Positions 38,845 through 52,368 are shown, counted from the first letter of the whole stretch. The stretch: DNA of 63,193 nt, filler included, from Hausera hauseri (GCA_046269625.1; 11 parts of 11 records of this genome joined end to end with filler, not necessarily neighbours in it), one strand, 5' to 3'. Numbers and translations are program-made. The notes: generated from the sequence alone by a model not told the origin.

Positions 38845-39209
38845 TTTGTTTTAGTTTGGTTTAGTCGATGGATCAATATGTTCGCACACGGATATGTATC
38901 CTTTCTCCTCGATTCTGGAGGATCTCAGCTCATGTGGCTTACTCAGAACCCTGTAGGTTGGGTAGATTTTTCCTAGAATTTTACCCGGACAGCGGCCCTT
39001 ATATCCTACTATTTTCGATTTCCAACTGTCAAGGGATTTTTAACGTGTACGACAATGTACACGGATCTTGGATCTCACTACCCAGAGACCAGGGGAATTT
39101 TTTTGCTAGAAGATCCAGGAGAAGAAATCTCATGTGCTTCCTCTTGGATTTGAACGCCATACATCTAGCACTCGAGGTGGTCGTCTTACCTCGAAACCAC
39201 TGAACCCCC
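38845..39209 (-). mobile_element. Near full-length copy of the same tRNA/Meta-like SINE
   Basis: Collinear with 16030-16400 including the AAACT-type tail. Confidence 0.85.
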
Positions 39210-41741
39210 AACACACAAACATCTCAACTATGCTTCCATTAACTACTATATTTTACCATGAAATTGGAAATGAATCATGTATCCCCTGTATGTCTATACC
39301 AATGACCCACACATCACACTATTCGTGCAGTAAAGTGCCATAGTGGTTAATTCACTAAAAGTACATTGCAGTAAAGACATAAGCACATGCAATGCAACAT
39401 TAGAAAAAAGAGGACTGGTTGACAAAAGAGGGAGTAAATTTACAGTCAGAAAGCAGTACTATTTATAAAGAAACTAAACATAGTAAACCGTAAATAATTT
39501 AGATAAGAATCCAAAGAGTGTTGAAACTTATTGAGTGAACAGTAATGATGAATCTGGAATATTTCGAATAAGGCAACATCTGAAATGAAATCAGGGCACA
39601 TAGATTTGTGACATTGTGAAGCTGAACGGCATACAGTACGCCATGTCTTCCTGAAATGCCAAGTATATGAGGCAAAATATATGGTCAATCCCAAGCTCAC
39701 GAGAAAGAAGAAAACAATTAAATCATGATCTTTGCAACTATAAAGATATCAATGGCTATGGAGGTTTATCAAATGTGCAGTGAAAATTATAATGTCAATC
39801 GTTCATTAAATATATAAAAAAATGAAATCCTTAGAGACAATATGTGCAACAACTCGCACATTTTCATCTAATTTACACTGTATAAAGTATTTATTGCTAC
39901 AACATACCTTATATATACTGTGGTGATGTACTTTTCTAATTTGTTGCAGTTTGACCTCGGAACATTAAACACAGACTCACTTTTAGTCAAGAGTTGCAGA
40001 AGTAATCACTACACGACTGTTGAATTTCTTATGCTTCTTTTTCCACTGGTATTTATTTAGTTTTGTTGCGTGTGCCAATATTGTAACATTGTCTCCAAAT
40101 TTGATTGGTTTGTTATTATGTTCTTCAAATTATTTGTATTCTTAAAATACACTTGCCTTCATCCTTATGGGTTGAAATAAAAGTCAATATTGGTAACTCT
40201 GTGTCGCATTGTTTTGTCCGATTTGTGCCCCATTGTTATTGCCACACCCTACTCAGGTTTGCATTAGTTCACTGGACGACAGAGAGGCCCTAGTGCAAGA
40301 TGTCTTTGTCTTCCTGTATCAGCGTGACGAAGGTTCCCAATATGGGTAAATCTGTCGCGGAAACCAGCTTTTAACAATATTTAATTTTAAAATATGCCTT
40401 TACCCAGGGCCTCTTTTTAATAGGAAAATTATAATAAATTTCTTAGAAAAATGACCAAACCACACAAAAACGTAACAAATTTGTATTTACCTATATTTAC
40501 TGTCCATTTTAACACCCTTATATGCGGTTTGCTGATCGCAAATTTTAATGAAAGGTAAAACTACCTTTGCGATTTCTTCATTATTGCGTTAACTTTTTAT
40601 TTTCATAAAATTACCAAAATCTGGTGGATTCGAATCATTTTTTTAAAGTTCTGAATCAGGAAATCCAGTCTCGCCAATGCATTTATTGTTGTTCTATTCC
40701 AAAAGGTTCGGCATTTTTCCTAACATTGTTAAGGAGAGAGAAAATGCTACAGTTAGAGACGAATGAGTTAATGCCAGAAAGCAGCATACGTTTTGATACC
40801 AACGCCAAGCAATATAAACGCAACATTTTTATGTGATCTTTTAATTTAAGCTTTTTCGCGTATTATTTCAAACATTAGAACATTGACCTTTCAGTGTTAA
40901 TTTCTTATATTCTTTATTAATTTGTCCATAGTGGTTGTCTAAGTTTGTAAGTTTCTTGACTTATTGAATACCTGAGCTTGGCTATTTCTTACTGGATCTT
41001 ACGCCCCAAGAAACTCTAACATTGCAAAGAATTCATTAGAGGGAAAATTGCTGATAAACCCACTTTATCTGACAAACACAAAATTAGAATTGTCACTGTT
41101 TTTTAAAGTTCTGAAACAGGGAATTCAGTCTCGTCAAATTGTCTGCAACAATTATCAGAAATTGATGCAGAATCTTCTAGTAAATGCCTTCGACAAATTT
41201 TCACTAAATGTCTTTGATGCCGAGATATGGTTGTTTCATAAAATCACTCAGAAGAGTCTGTTTAAGATTTGTATTTATGAAATTGCGTAATTTGCAAAGC
41301 CTAATGGGGTCGGTTAATATCAGTTTATCAATGTCAGGCAACTAGTAACTTAAGAAAGCGATATACATTTTGTCATCGCATTTTGAATTAATATTAAAGC
41401 CATGGGTTTCCATCTTCTAAGGTAGTGGGTGTTAAAAAGAACACAGCAGAAGAGCAGGAAATCGCTCCAACATTCTTTTGATGATTTATTCCAGACAAAG
41501 TACTGTTTGTCACTCATTTGGAGAATTTTGTATTTATCCGTTTATTATTTTTTTTTTGGGGGGGGGGGGAGGGGGGAGTGTACGTTAAAGTATTAAACTT
41601 CTTTTCGAGAATAATTCTAATGAAAATCTCCCAAAAACAGGNNNNNNNNNNNNNNNNNNNNNNNNNNNNNNNNNNNNNNNNNNNNTTAATTAATTAANNN
41701 NNNNNNNNNNNNNNNNNNNNNNNNNNNNNNNNNNNNNNNNN

Positions 41742-42014
41742 CGCAGGTTACCCTCAAGGTGGCAACGATTATAAGCAACTACGATTCGATGCATCATCAT
41801 TCATTTATTCATTCATTGAATCATGCCTTTCAAACGTAGTCATCCTTACTTTATTGCTTTGCTTAAAGCATCGTCGAGACATAAACGGAACATGCTGCGA
41901 TTATTTCCACAGTTTGTAGTAGACTATTTGATGGAAATTTTGTACAATATCTTTGTGGGTCACGTTGACATTGATAGTGGAAAGCGGAATTTACTAAAGT
42001 ATCGAAAACGACTC
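41742..42014 (+). mobile_element. Polinton fragment (small conserved genes), cut at TGTGG 42015
   Basis: MPFKRSHPYFIALLKA... homologous to 56045-56308 (-); similarity stops at aaaacgactc|tgtgg. Confidence 0.85.
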
Positions 42015-43408
42015 TGTGGCTTTGTTTGATAAAATATCCACCGATAGAGAATAAACGGTTTGAGGTTTAAGTCAAAAAAAAGTCAGCCATTGATAATAAA
42101 ATTCTATTATAAAAAAGTAAAATCCAATTTTAAATCACAAGTTTAAAAATTTGATCCAAGGAAAATATCGGATAACGTTCTAAGCTTAAATCCAATATGT
42201 AAAAAAATGGATAATAACGAAAATCAAATTTCAAAAGCTGCATTATCCTGTATTTATTAAAACAATTTTTTCGTGATTTAATGGCCGGTACAACAGATTA
42301 TTTTTGCAATAATGTTACACAAATGATAAAGTCCAGAAAAGTCATATATGAAAAAAAATAAAAAAATAAATAAAACAACAAGTATAAAAATGACAACTAT
42401 TATATATATTACCTTCACACAATATGCCAGTACTTAGTTACAAAGATCATATTGACAACAATGATGGTGAACAACAATATCTTCAAACAGATTTTGAACC
42501 ATACAAGAAACACTGCAATTCAGCGACTGACACGTGTTCCAAAACACTAATTGCCGTATGTTATCTTTTATAGCCTACCGCTGGAATAAACCAACACGAT
42601 TAACAGCTGGACTTTACACTTTTAACGACAAGGCCATGGTGCATAACCGACTGATTGCAACGAATTGAATTGAATTTAAAATGCAACTGATTGTCAGAAA
42701 AATCAATAAGAAACCCAATTCCCGACGGTGTTTCATAAACCTTAGAATCAACAGTGAAGTTAAGAATTACACATTGTCAATCTCCATTTATGGAAAATTT
42801 CGAAATGCTGACGCCGCAAACTCATAAGTGCTATTTATAATGTTAAATTGTCAATACTTGAAGAACCATATATCTACGATTATTTGAATGGTTTGCTTTA
42901 TTTGTCAAAGTGCCATGAGCAAAATTTATGGATCACAACTTCCGGAATCGTTTCTTGTGTTTGTAGATTTTGGACACACATTGGTACGAATACTTGATCA
43001 GTCAACGCGAATCCTCGTTTAAATGAATGAAAGAAAAGAGATTTGTTATTCTGACATCGACGGAATGAGTCGCCATTGATGGATGAGGAGCGCGATAAAT
43101 CAGTACAACTGCTGGCTGGTGTGTGGAGAATACTGGACTTGCTTGTCGATGGTGATGATATCAATTTTTGTTTGATTTCCTGTTGTTCCTCGGGTAGACT
43201 TATTTTCAGGAGTATGTTGACGATCGTACAGCAGATCCATTCACGGATAAGGGGGTGGCATTTAAGACTCTGCAATATCTTGTTGATAAGGGGGCTGATC
43301 ATTTTCATGGCACTGGGTGATGTTGAACTGGTGATAAGTAAGGCAATGAGATTTGTCAATTCGTCTGTTGACACAATAGGTTTGTATGTCGATAAATTTG
43401 TTACTGGC

Positions 43409-43501
43409 AAATCTCGAGGCGGGAGATCGGGCCTGACGCGGCGGCAACGGATGCCCGGCCGTGTCCAACCAAACGGGCCAGAGGGCGCCGGCCGCTGTGG
43501 C
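43409..43501 (-). mobile_element. TGTGG GC-rich element, copy C (outermost about 7 nt missing)
   Basis: CCACAGCGGCCGGCGCCC...CGTTGCCGCCGCGTC.GGCCCGAT; directly follows the 3' UTR of gypsy 3 on the same strand. Confidence 0.9.
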
Positions 43502-46500
43502 AAAGTGAAAATTATAAAGGGTAAAAGAGACAGAGAAAAAAGGGCAAAACTGAAAAGTGTGTGTCAATCGGTCTTAGTGTGGATAAGACTTTGGGTGCCT
43601 TCTAGTGATTTTTCCCTGCTATACTTGCTGAATGTGACTCTGCGTGTTTTGTCTTTGGGCGGTGTGTTTGCTTAAAGAGTTTGAAGTTGGGGAAAAATTG
43701 TCGAATTTTGTTGTAAGTGTTGTGTCGTGCAAAGATAAGTCAGCGCAAAGAGAAGGAGAAGGTGAAGGAAGAAAAGAGATTGTTGAAGACGGATGATTAA
43801 AGGTGTTTAAGAAAGTGTTAGAAGATGGAGGAGTGATAGAAGGTGTAGTGGCGGATAAAGGGAGAGAGAAAAGAGTTAGAGTAGAAGTTGGAATTGAATT
43901 GTGTGAAGGAGTGGAAGTGGAAGATGAAACAGAAGTAGTAGTAGAAAGGGGAAAAGGGATAGGGAAAGAGGTAAAGAGAGGAGAAAGTTGTGAAACGGAA
44001 GTGAAAGGAGTAAAAGATGATGTGTTAGGAGAAAGGGGGGAGAAAGCGTCGAAGATGAGGAATGTGGGAAAGAGAGGAACAGAGAGAAAGATAAGACGGG
44101 GAAGAGGTATAAGGCGAAGGACAGCGAGAAGATGGGGAAAGCAAAGGAATGTAGTTGGAGGGTGGTGTGCAAGAGGTTAGAATGATGAAAGGTATAGATA
44201 GAGAAATTGGTGAAGTCGAAATGGTATTTGATGGAGGGAGTGCGGTAAAAGGAGAAAGCAGGTTGTTATAATGGGATGAAGGAGGTTTTGGAAGGCTTGA
44301 AGGTGCAAAATCGGATGGGAAGAGAGAGGCTGAATTGTGAGAAGAAATTGGAGTGGAAGTTTTGGGAGAAAACGCGGGGGAAAGTGGATTAAGACATTGA
44401 GCAGAGATGGAAGGAGAATTGTTGGACTGCTGAGCGTCACATGAAGATGTTGGTGGAGAAGTGGTTTCGATGGGAGACGTTTCGTCAATGAAGAAAGCCG
44501 GATTAGCATTATTGATGTGAACGGTTACTTCTTTGTCGTTTTTGAGAGTGAAGATATTGTGCGAGTGTAAACGAATTACTTTGTAAGGGCCGACATACTG
44601 AGGTTGAAAGCCATACGGCGTCTGATTCTTTAACCAAATGAACTTGGCAGTATATAAATTGTCGGGAATGTAGAGTTTATTTGCGTTTAATAATCTGCAA
44701 AATGAGTCTTTGCTGTTCTCAACGAAGTGCCTCTGTGCCGCTTGTATGGTTTCGTCTGTAGGAATATTGTCCAGCTCAGTCAGCTCGAATAATGATTTGG
44801 TGGAAGTGCCAAATAATGCTTTTGCAGGTGAACTGCCTGCAGAAGTTGATGGTGTGTTCCGCCAGCCAAGCAGAACGTACGGAACGAGTGTGGTCCAACC
44901 GCGATTGGACTTAGCAAGGATTTTGAGAGACGTTTTCATTGTTCGATGAAAGCGTACGAGAAGGCCGTTCGATTAGGGATAATATGGTAATGTGTGAATG
45001 TGGTTAATTCCCAATCGATTGATAAGAGCTTTAAACAGGTTCGATTCGAACTGTGGATTTTGCCCGAAATAATGTGGTGAGGTGATCTAAACCTGCTAAT
45101 CTAAGTGCGGATGAAAACGTCTGCGATGGTTTCTGTGGTGGTGCTCCGAAGCGGGACAGCTTCTGGCCATCGCGAGGAACGGTCCATCATTGTGAGGGTG
45201 AACTGATGGGCGTTGTCTAAGGGTAGTGGGCCTACAAGGTCAATGTGCACAGATTCAAAACGAGACGTGCAGGGAAAATGAAATTGTGGTGGCTTTAGAT
45301 GCTTAGTAACTTTGTATTTTTGGCATGCCACACACTGCCTAACCCATGTCTGAACGTCAGAGTGCATCGACGGCCATACTACTTGGCTTTGTAAAAGTCG
45401 AAAAGTGGCCTTGGCACCAGGATGATGCAACGAATGTACGCTGTGGAACGCTTCCTTTTGAAGAGACTCAGGAGGAATGACTTTAGGAGTATTAGGTTTG
45501 GAGGTGTCAAAGGCCACACCGCCAATGGTTTTGCAGGATTTAAAAGATTTAAGGATGTCAGGAGGTGGTTGGTTTGGCTGAAGTTTGGACTGAGGAAAAT
45601 TTGGTGTAAAATCAATCGAGCAGATTGATCTGGACAAAAAGTCAGCTACTAAATTGTCGACCCCGTTTAAGTGCTTAATTTGAAAACTAAATGTTGACAA
45701 ATACGATATTTGCCTCTCCTGACGTTGAGAAGGCAATTTCATGGTGAGAATTTGGAGCAAGGGCTTGTGGTCCGTTTGTATTGTAAAAGTTCGTGCAGTT
45801 AGCAAATGTTTAAAGTGTATTACGGCAAAAACCATTGCAAGCAGCTCTCTGTCAAAGGTGGAATATCTTTGCTCTTGTGCTGTGAATTTGCAAGCAAAGA
45901 ATTCCAATGGATCATGGGATCCATTTTTAACTTGATGGAGGACAGTACCTGCAGCTGTTGTGGATGCGTCGATGGTTAAGAAGAGTTCTGCATGGGAGTC
46001 TGGATAGGCTAATATTTCGACAGTTTTTAAATTGTCTTTGAGGTGATCAAAATCATTGACTAGATTGGTGGTTTATTGAGTAGGATGTTTTTTCTCGCCA
46101 GAACTTAGTGATGCAAATGGATCGGTTAGAGTGGGGCAATGCGGAACGTACTTGTAAATAAAGTGCAAGGTTCCGAGGAAAGAATGCATCTCTTTTGATG
46201 TACGTGGTAGTTGTATGTTTTTGAGCTGTGTGTTGTGGTCTGTCTGAAGTGAATGTCCGGAGGAGCTAATAATATGTCCTAGGAAATTGACCTTATGTTG
46301 AAAAAAGGAGCATTTAGAAAAATTGATTTGCAAATTGATTTGGTGTATGCGCTGGAAAATTAGATGTAAGTGTTCAGAGTGTTGTTTCAAAGAGGATGAT
46401 GCAATTAAGATATTATTAATATAGGGATAGGCAAAGTCTAAGCCTAATAGGACTGTATTTATATGCCTTTGGAAGGTCTGGGAAGTGCTACGGAGTCCAA

Positions 46501-47140
46501 AAGGCATAAAAAGGTATTCAAAAAGGCCGAAAGGTGTAATGACAGCCGTTTTCTGAATATCTGCTGGTGCCACCGGAATTTGGTGGTATGCTTTATGTAG
46601 ATCAATGCAGGAAAAGATGGTCGAACCATAGAGCCTGTGTAGAATGTCGTTGATTAATGGTAAAGGGTAGGCATCTATTGTTGTTATGGTGTTAAGTTGG
46701 CGGTAATCACCGCATGAGCGAAAGGTGCCATCTTTTTTTTGAACAACATGTAGTGGTGAAGACCAGGTGTTTTTGATCTTCTGATTATGCTTGATTTTTC
46801 AAGGTCGCGAAACTCAGCCTCCACTGCCTGTCTGCAGCGAGGCGATAGCGGGCGGACCTTTTGCCGTACTGGTATTTGATGTGCTGTTACAATGTGATTG
46901 AAGGTGGATTGAAGTGGTACGAATGATTTGTCCTTTTGCAACAGACGCGTGCAGGAGGACGAAATGTATTTCTGTAAATTAAAAGGCAACGATGACAAAT
47001 TATCCGATGGTGTCGATGGATCGTGACTAGATGCAGTTGAGGTATGAGTTGTAGACAAGGTGTTATTTGGTGCAGGATGTTCGTGTTGAAAATGGTGTTG
47101 GCAGCTGTGCTATTAGTAATGGGTGCCACGCAGTTGGCAA
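43502..47140 (-). mobile_element. Ty3/gypsy element 3 (RT, RNase H, integrase, Ser/Pro-rich tail, 3' UTR)
   Basis: TPFGLFEY, RYSTFDRELLA, TDHKPL, HHPG, HIDLVGP, LLGWRNTP, Y.GPY.V, terminal TRRVTF. Confidence 0.95.
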
Positions 47141-47240
47141 NNNNNNNNNNNNNNNNNNNNNNNNNNNNNNNNNNNNNNNNNNNNTTAATTAATTAANNNN
47201 NNNNNNNNNNNNNNNNNNNNNNNNNNNNNNNNNNNNNNNN

Positions 47241-48520
47241 AAACCAGCTAATAGAGAAATACTTTGCATAAAGGCTAGTCGGAAACTCCATTTTGAATCA
47301 TCGGCTAGTTCAATGATTGCAGGAATGAGATTTTGACTGGCCTGTTTGGCCCCAATTACTTAAGAAAGACAATCTAGTTTCGATATTAAATTGAGACGAA
47401 CCTCTGCATTTTCATCCTTTAATTGAGTAAGAAAAATTTGTAAAATATGTTCAGTTGTGCTGTATTTTTCAACAATTGGGGATAAACCTAACAAGACACC
47501 AGTAAGGCTAATTTTCAATTGAATATTAGGATCATTGATTATATCTTTCACGATTGGAATGAATGGCTTCACAGTAACGGATTTCCTAATGTCTTTTGGT
47601 AAACATTCACAAAAATCTTTTAATTTCCCAGCAGCAGCTGATTTCACTTCTGCTTGCGAGCCTTTCAACAGAATTGAATAAACATCGACTAGTGCGTTCT
47701 GGACCAAATCAGCGCCGATCAACTTTTAGATTTCTATTAAATTTTCAGTAGCAGCGTGTTGAACACGCCATGATGTATCTTCTGTGCCTCCACTAAATAA
47801 ATGTATGGCAGAATTTTTTATATCATCTTTGGGAAACACTTTGCAAAAACTAACACAAGAGGATACACCTAATTGTCTGAGAGAATCTTGCTCATCCTGA
47901 GCAATTATTGGTAGCAATAACAACATGTCGGATTTTACATGCTCCAAATCCATAGCGAAAACAAATTCACCAAGACGATAAGCAGCCGATCGCCGAACCA
48001 TAGGAATGTCGTCTTATGCCAACGGTCGAAAAAGTCGTCGTAATTCAGTTTTCAACGAATTCGGCAAACGTGCATAACAAACACTAAGTAAACCACAAGC
48101 CGATGATCGACTAGTAAACCATTCACCAGAACTCAAACATCGTATTAATGGAACAAAATGTTTTCCTAAATCCTGTGGAGTATGATTGGCAGCAATTATT
48201 TGGAGTGAATCCACTGCTTTATCACGTACCACAGTTTGTTCAACAGCAGCTGACGTTTCAAGAGGTGGCAGTAAACAATGCGAATATTCTGGACCACCAA
48301 CCAACGGTACAAATGCACCTAATTGTTCTGCTAATGCCAATAATACTTCATCTTCATCATACACAGTGTCTGTTAAAAACGGAATTAATTCGTTTCGAGT
48401 CCTTTCCATTCCAAGGGCCAACGCAACAGTAGGAAGCTTTTTAATACTTATTAATCGCGTTTGAATATCATCGTTTCTTAACTCATCGATTAAAACAGCA
48501 ATGGGAAAAAGATTATCGTA
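47241..48520 (-). pseudogene. PPP2R1A: PP2A scaffold A subunit pseudogene (HEAT repeats), no introns seen
   Basis: [67 protein letters not shown]; in-frame stops at about 48014, 47726, 47360. Confidence 0.92.
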
Positions 48521-49467
48521 AGAGTGTTAAAAATTCGCAATGGAAAGAAATATGAATGTTACTTTTGTGAAAAAATCCTTGTCCGTGTGGCCCGAAATAA
48601 ACGAGTGAAGTTCCTTCCCATGTTTTATTACTTCGGTTCTCTAACGTAACAAGTCTCGCCTGAATATCATTATTTGAACTGATCAGTTGTTAAATTTGTA
48701 TCTTCAATTTTTTACGAATGAGTGGATTTGGTCAGTTTCAATTTCTCTTTGTTGTTGTTGTTGTTCCTCTGGAATTGTTTCCGAATTGTCTATATTTTCT
48801 TCCTTACTTTTAAAACTTTTATCTCTTGGCGATTGTCCGATAAAATCCGTAGTTCATGATACTATTTTAACTCCATCCGAGGGAAATTTGTTAAAATGAT
48901 TGTCGTTTCCTATCTCAAATGACACTTGATAATTCTCTAACGTGCTGTTAGCAGAATTCGATATGGAATATCTCATCCTTTTTCTAACTGGTGAGTGTCC
49001 AGAAATTTCGGAGTCATTGTGACATTGATGAGCCGAACTATCACCCAATATTGAGTCAAAGCACCTCGGAGAAATTTGGAGTTCATTTCAGTGGAGGTAA
49101 TAATCGCATTTTGACTAACGTATTCAATAGTGACTAGGTGCTGTCGTGATCTTTTGGGTAGCCTTTAAACATATCTTTTAGAATACATTGCCAGGTATTT
49201 GGGAATTAAAAGTTGTCCTGATCTTTGCTCAATGTCCACGGAAAATTTTGTCTTTTGCTGGTCATTCATCAAAATTTCCGACTTTTGCATGGAAAATTCG
49301 TAAGAGTCGCTAGTTAAAATTTTCATCGGTAAGCTTGATGAATTTATTAGGTTTCTGATAACGGATAAGAACAGATTGAGAATTTTGTACAGATGAGCTG
49401 ACTGAATCGATTGATTCAGATTTGGGGATAACGTAAAACATTCTTCCCCGTTCATGTGTAAGTAAGT

Positions 49468-49589
49468 CATCTTGTGAAATTTTCGCGGCGGGAAATCGGG
49501 CCCGACTATGGGCCCGACGCGGCGGCAACGGACGCCCGGCCATGTCCAACCAAATAGGCCAGAGAGCGCCGGCTGCTGTGGGCACCACA
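49468..49589 (-). mobile_element. TGTGG GC-rich element, copy B (122 bp)
   Basis: TGTGGTGCCCACAGC...TCGGGCCCATAGTCGGGCCCGA...ACAAGATG; outer end abuts pPolB. Confidence 0.92.
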
Positions 49590-52368
49590 ACCTTATTTGT
49601 CTGGTAAGTCCTATATTCCAACACCTGAAGCCTTACGAAATGCAATGGCCGTTATTAACATGCAGAATGAAGACAATTTGTGTTTCTTGTACTCCGTTCT
49701 TGCAGTTACCAAATATTCACTTTTTGAAACTCATAAGAATAGAAATAGAGTTAGCAGTTATACTCCTTACTTAGGTGAGTTTCAATATTCCTAGAATGAC
49801 ATGCCTACGACAATATGTAACATTGCTAATTTTGAGAGGCAGAATCCACAGTTTTCAATTAATGTATTTCTGTTTCACGATGAGGATGATGTGGATTTCG
49901 ATGTAGATATTGTAAAAAATTTATTCGTTGATATTTTGTATAGAAGCAAAAATCCGAATGGTTCTGTAGTTATCTTGCTGATTTTGGAGAATGATGATCA
50001 CTTTCACTATGTAGCTGTTCCCAATCTTAAACGAATTTTGAATATGCGCGGTAAGAAACTACGTATTCAATGCAAACATTGGTGTAACAAATGTTTACAT
50101 GGCTTTAGACTATACACTGCTTATGCTAAGCATTTACCAATGTGTATGTCCTCTTCCAAGCTCATGACTTTGTACAAAATGCGCGAAAATAAATTTTGTG
50201 AATTTAAGGACAGGGCCAAATTTATAAGTCCTCCTTTCGTCGTATATGCTGACTTTGAGTCTGCCCTTTGCCCTGATGACAAAGTTAAACATATTCATTT
50301 GCCTGCTTCAGCAGGTCTCTTGTTAGTGTCTCCAACAGGTACTGAATATAGGCAATTTGTAGGTGAAAATTTCATTGTTCAGTTTCTGGCCTGTTTGGAG
50401 GAAATTGTTAAGAAACTTGTTTTCCCATGGTATGAAAATGCGAAAAAGCAAATGATCCCGTTAACACCAGCTGAATGGTTTCAGTTTAAAAACGCCACAT
50501 CATGCTACTTATGCCATGAAAAGGCACTACATTTTTTAGAGATCATTGTCATGTTACAGGTAAATTCTTAGGCCCTGCTTGCAACAAATGTAACTTAGCA
50601 CGACAGATTAGATTCACTTTACCTGTTATGTTTCATAATTTGCGTGGATATCATCTTCGTCATATCTTTAAACACGCATTGAGTAAATTCAGCGGTTGGG
50701 AGTTAAATGTTATTCCACAAACGACTGAAAAATTTTTGACTATGTTTGCCATGATAAGATGTTCGAATAAAAGGTCTGTTACTGTAAGATTTCTAGACAC
50801 TCTTCGGTTTTATAGGCTTCATTAAAGATCTTAGCCTTCAATTTACATAGTTACCCATTTACAGAATCGACTTTTCCTTCGGATATGATTAGGGAAAAAG
50901 GAATTTTTCCATACACTGCTGCCAATACATTCAGCGACTTGCAATCGATTACTGAGTTACCATCAAAATGGGATGGTGTTATTGATAGCGATTATGCGGA
51001 AGCACAACTTACTTGGTCCAGATATACGTGTAACAGCCTTTTAGATTATATGTTGGTATACATGAAACTTGATGCATACTTGCTAGGTGATATTTTTGAA
51101 CGGTTTAGAAAGGAGTTTAAGTTGCAGAATGGTTTAGAGGCGGTTAACTATGTTTCAATTCCTGGTTTATCTTGGGCGACAGCATTAAAATCAAGTCCTT
51201 GTTAGATTGAGCTTATACCGGATCCTCAGATATATCAGTTCTTTCAGTCGGGTATTCGCGGTGGCATGACTTTTGTTAATAAGCATAGGGTTGTCTCTGA
51301 TGAAAGCACAAGTTTCTTGTATATTGATGTAAATAATTTGTACGGTTGGGCTTTATCTCAACCTCTGCCATTTGCGAATTTGGTATGGATATATGATGAG
51401 GACAAATTAAATAGTTTAATTGAACGAGGCTTAGTGTTTGACGTAAATTTAAGCATTCCGGCTGACAAACATGATAAGTTGAACCAACCGCTCTAGCTCC
51501 AATTAATAATTGTCATCCTGGTTCGAAAGTCCAACTATGTTGTTCACTATTGGCTCTTACAAGTGTACATCGAGTTAGGTGCAGTAGTTGAAAAGGTTCA
51601 TCGGGCCGTTGAGTTGACCAGAGATGTTTTCAAGGATTATATCGATCTAAATACTGCAAAGAGGGCTGCAGCAAATTATCTTTTTGAAAAAGACTTTTTA
51701 AGCTTAAGAACAACGGCTTATATTGCAAAACAGTCGAAAATTTGCTAAATATGTCAAACCTGAGGCTGTGAAATAATGCTAAAGGCTAGTTACATATGCT
51801 AGTAAGGCCCAGTTTAAAGAGAGTATTATTATAGATAATAACCTAGTTGCCGTTCTCCTCGATAAAGATATGGTTACATTAGATAGACCCTTATACATCG
51901 GTCAGGCCGTACTTGATCTATCGAAGTTACGGATGTATGAACTGATTTATATAAAGTTGGAGACATAGGCAACAATTTCAGTGTGAACGTAATATTGTTG
52001 CTGGCGACACAGACAATTTTTTCATCGAATGTTGTGATGTTGACTTAAAATCACAACTGTTACTGGCGATGATAACATACGAGCACTTAGATACGTCAAA
52101 CTATGACAAAACTGATCCGCTGTACTCGACTCGTTTTTCAGCTGTAATTGGGAAATTTAAAAACGAGAGCAAGGGCTGCGATCAGTATCAAGAAGAGATT
52201 TTCCTACGGCCGAAATCCTATGCCTTCAAAACTCAAACCAAACCAGCCCTCAAATGCAAGGGCATAAATCTCAATCAGACAGACTTGCGGTTTAGTAACT
52301 ACCTACAGGCTTATGAAACTGGTTGTGGGACCATGGTGGACCAGGAGCAGTAAAATCTACAAAATTAT
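49590..52368 (+). pseudogene. Polinton/Maverick protein-primed DNA polymerase B, decayed
   Basis: YADFES, FHNLRGY, KGIFPY, Y..LD..LL, IRGG, YIDVNNLYG, GDTD, GKFK.E, LRPKSY, KCKG. Confidence 0.95.

Noticed and set aside
40513-41431. piggyBac-like MITE (TTAA|CACCC...GGGTG|TTAA) with an internal 37-bp direct repeat
   Set aside because: Only 5 bp of terminal inversion; not enough without other copies
42898-43503. Shared N-terminal peptide (PQRPAPSGPFGW.RPG.RCRRV) in several ORFs as a protein family
   Set aside because: It is the translation of the GC-rich repeat from non-ATG starts, with no sign of codon-level conservation
43803-44180. Glu/Gly/Val-rich ORF on + strand and other antisense ORFs over pol genes
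   Set aside because: Shadow frames of the pyrimidine-rich gypsy 3' region or of real minus-strand coding sequence
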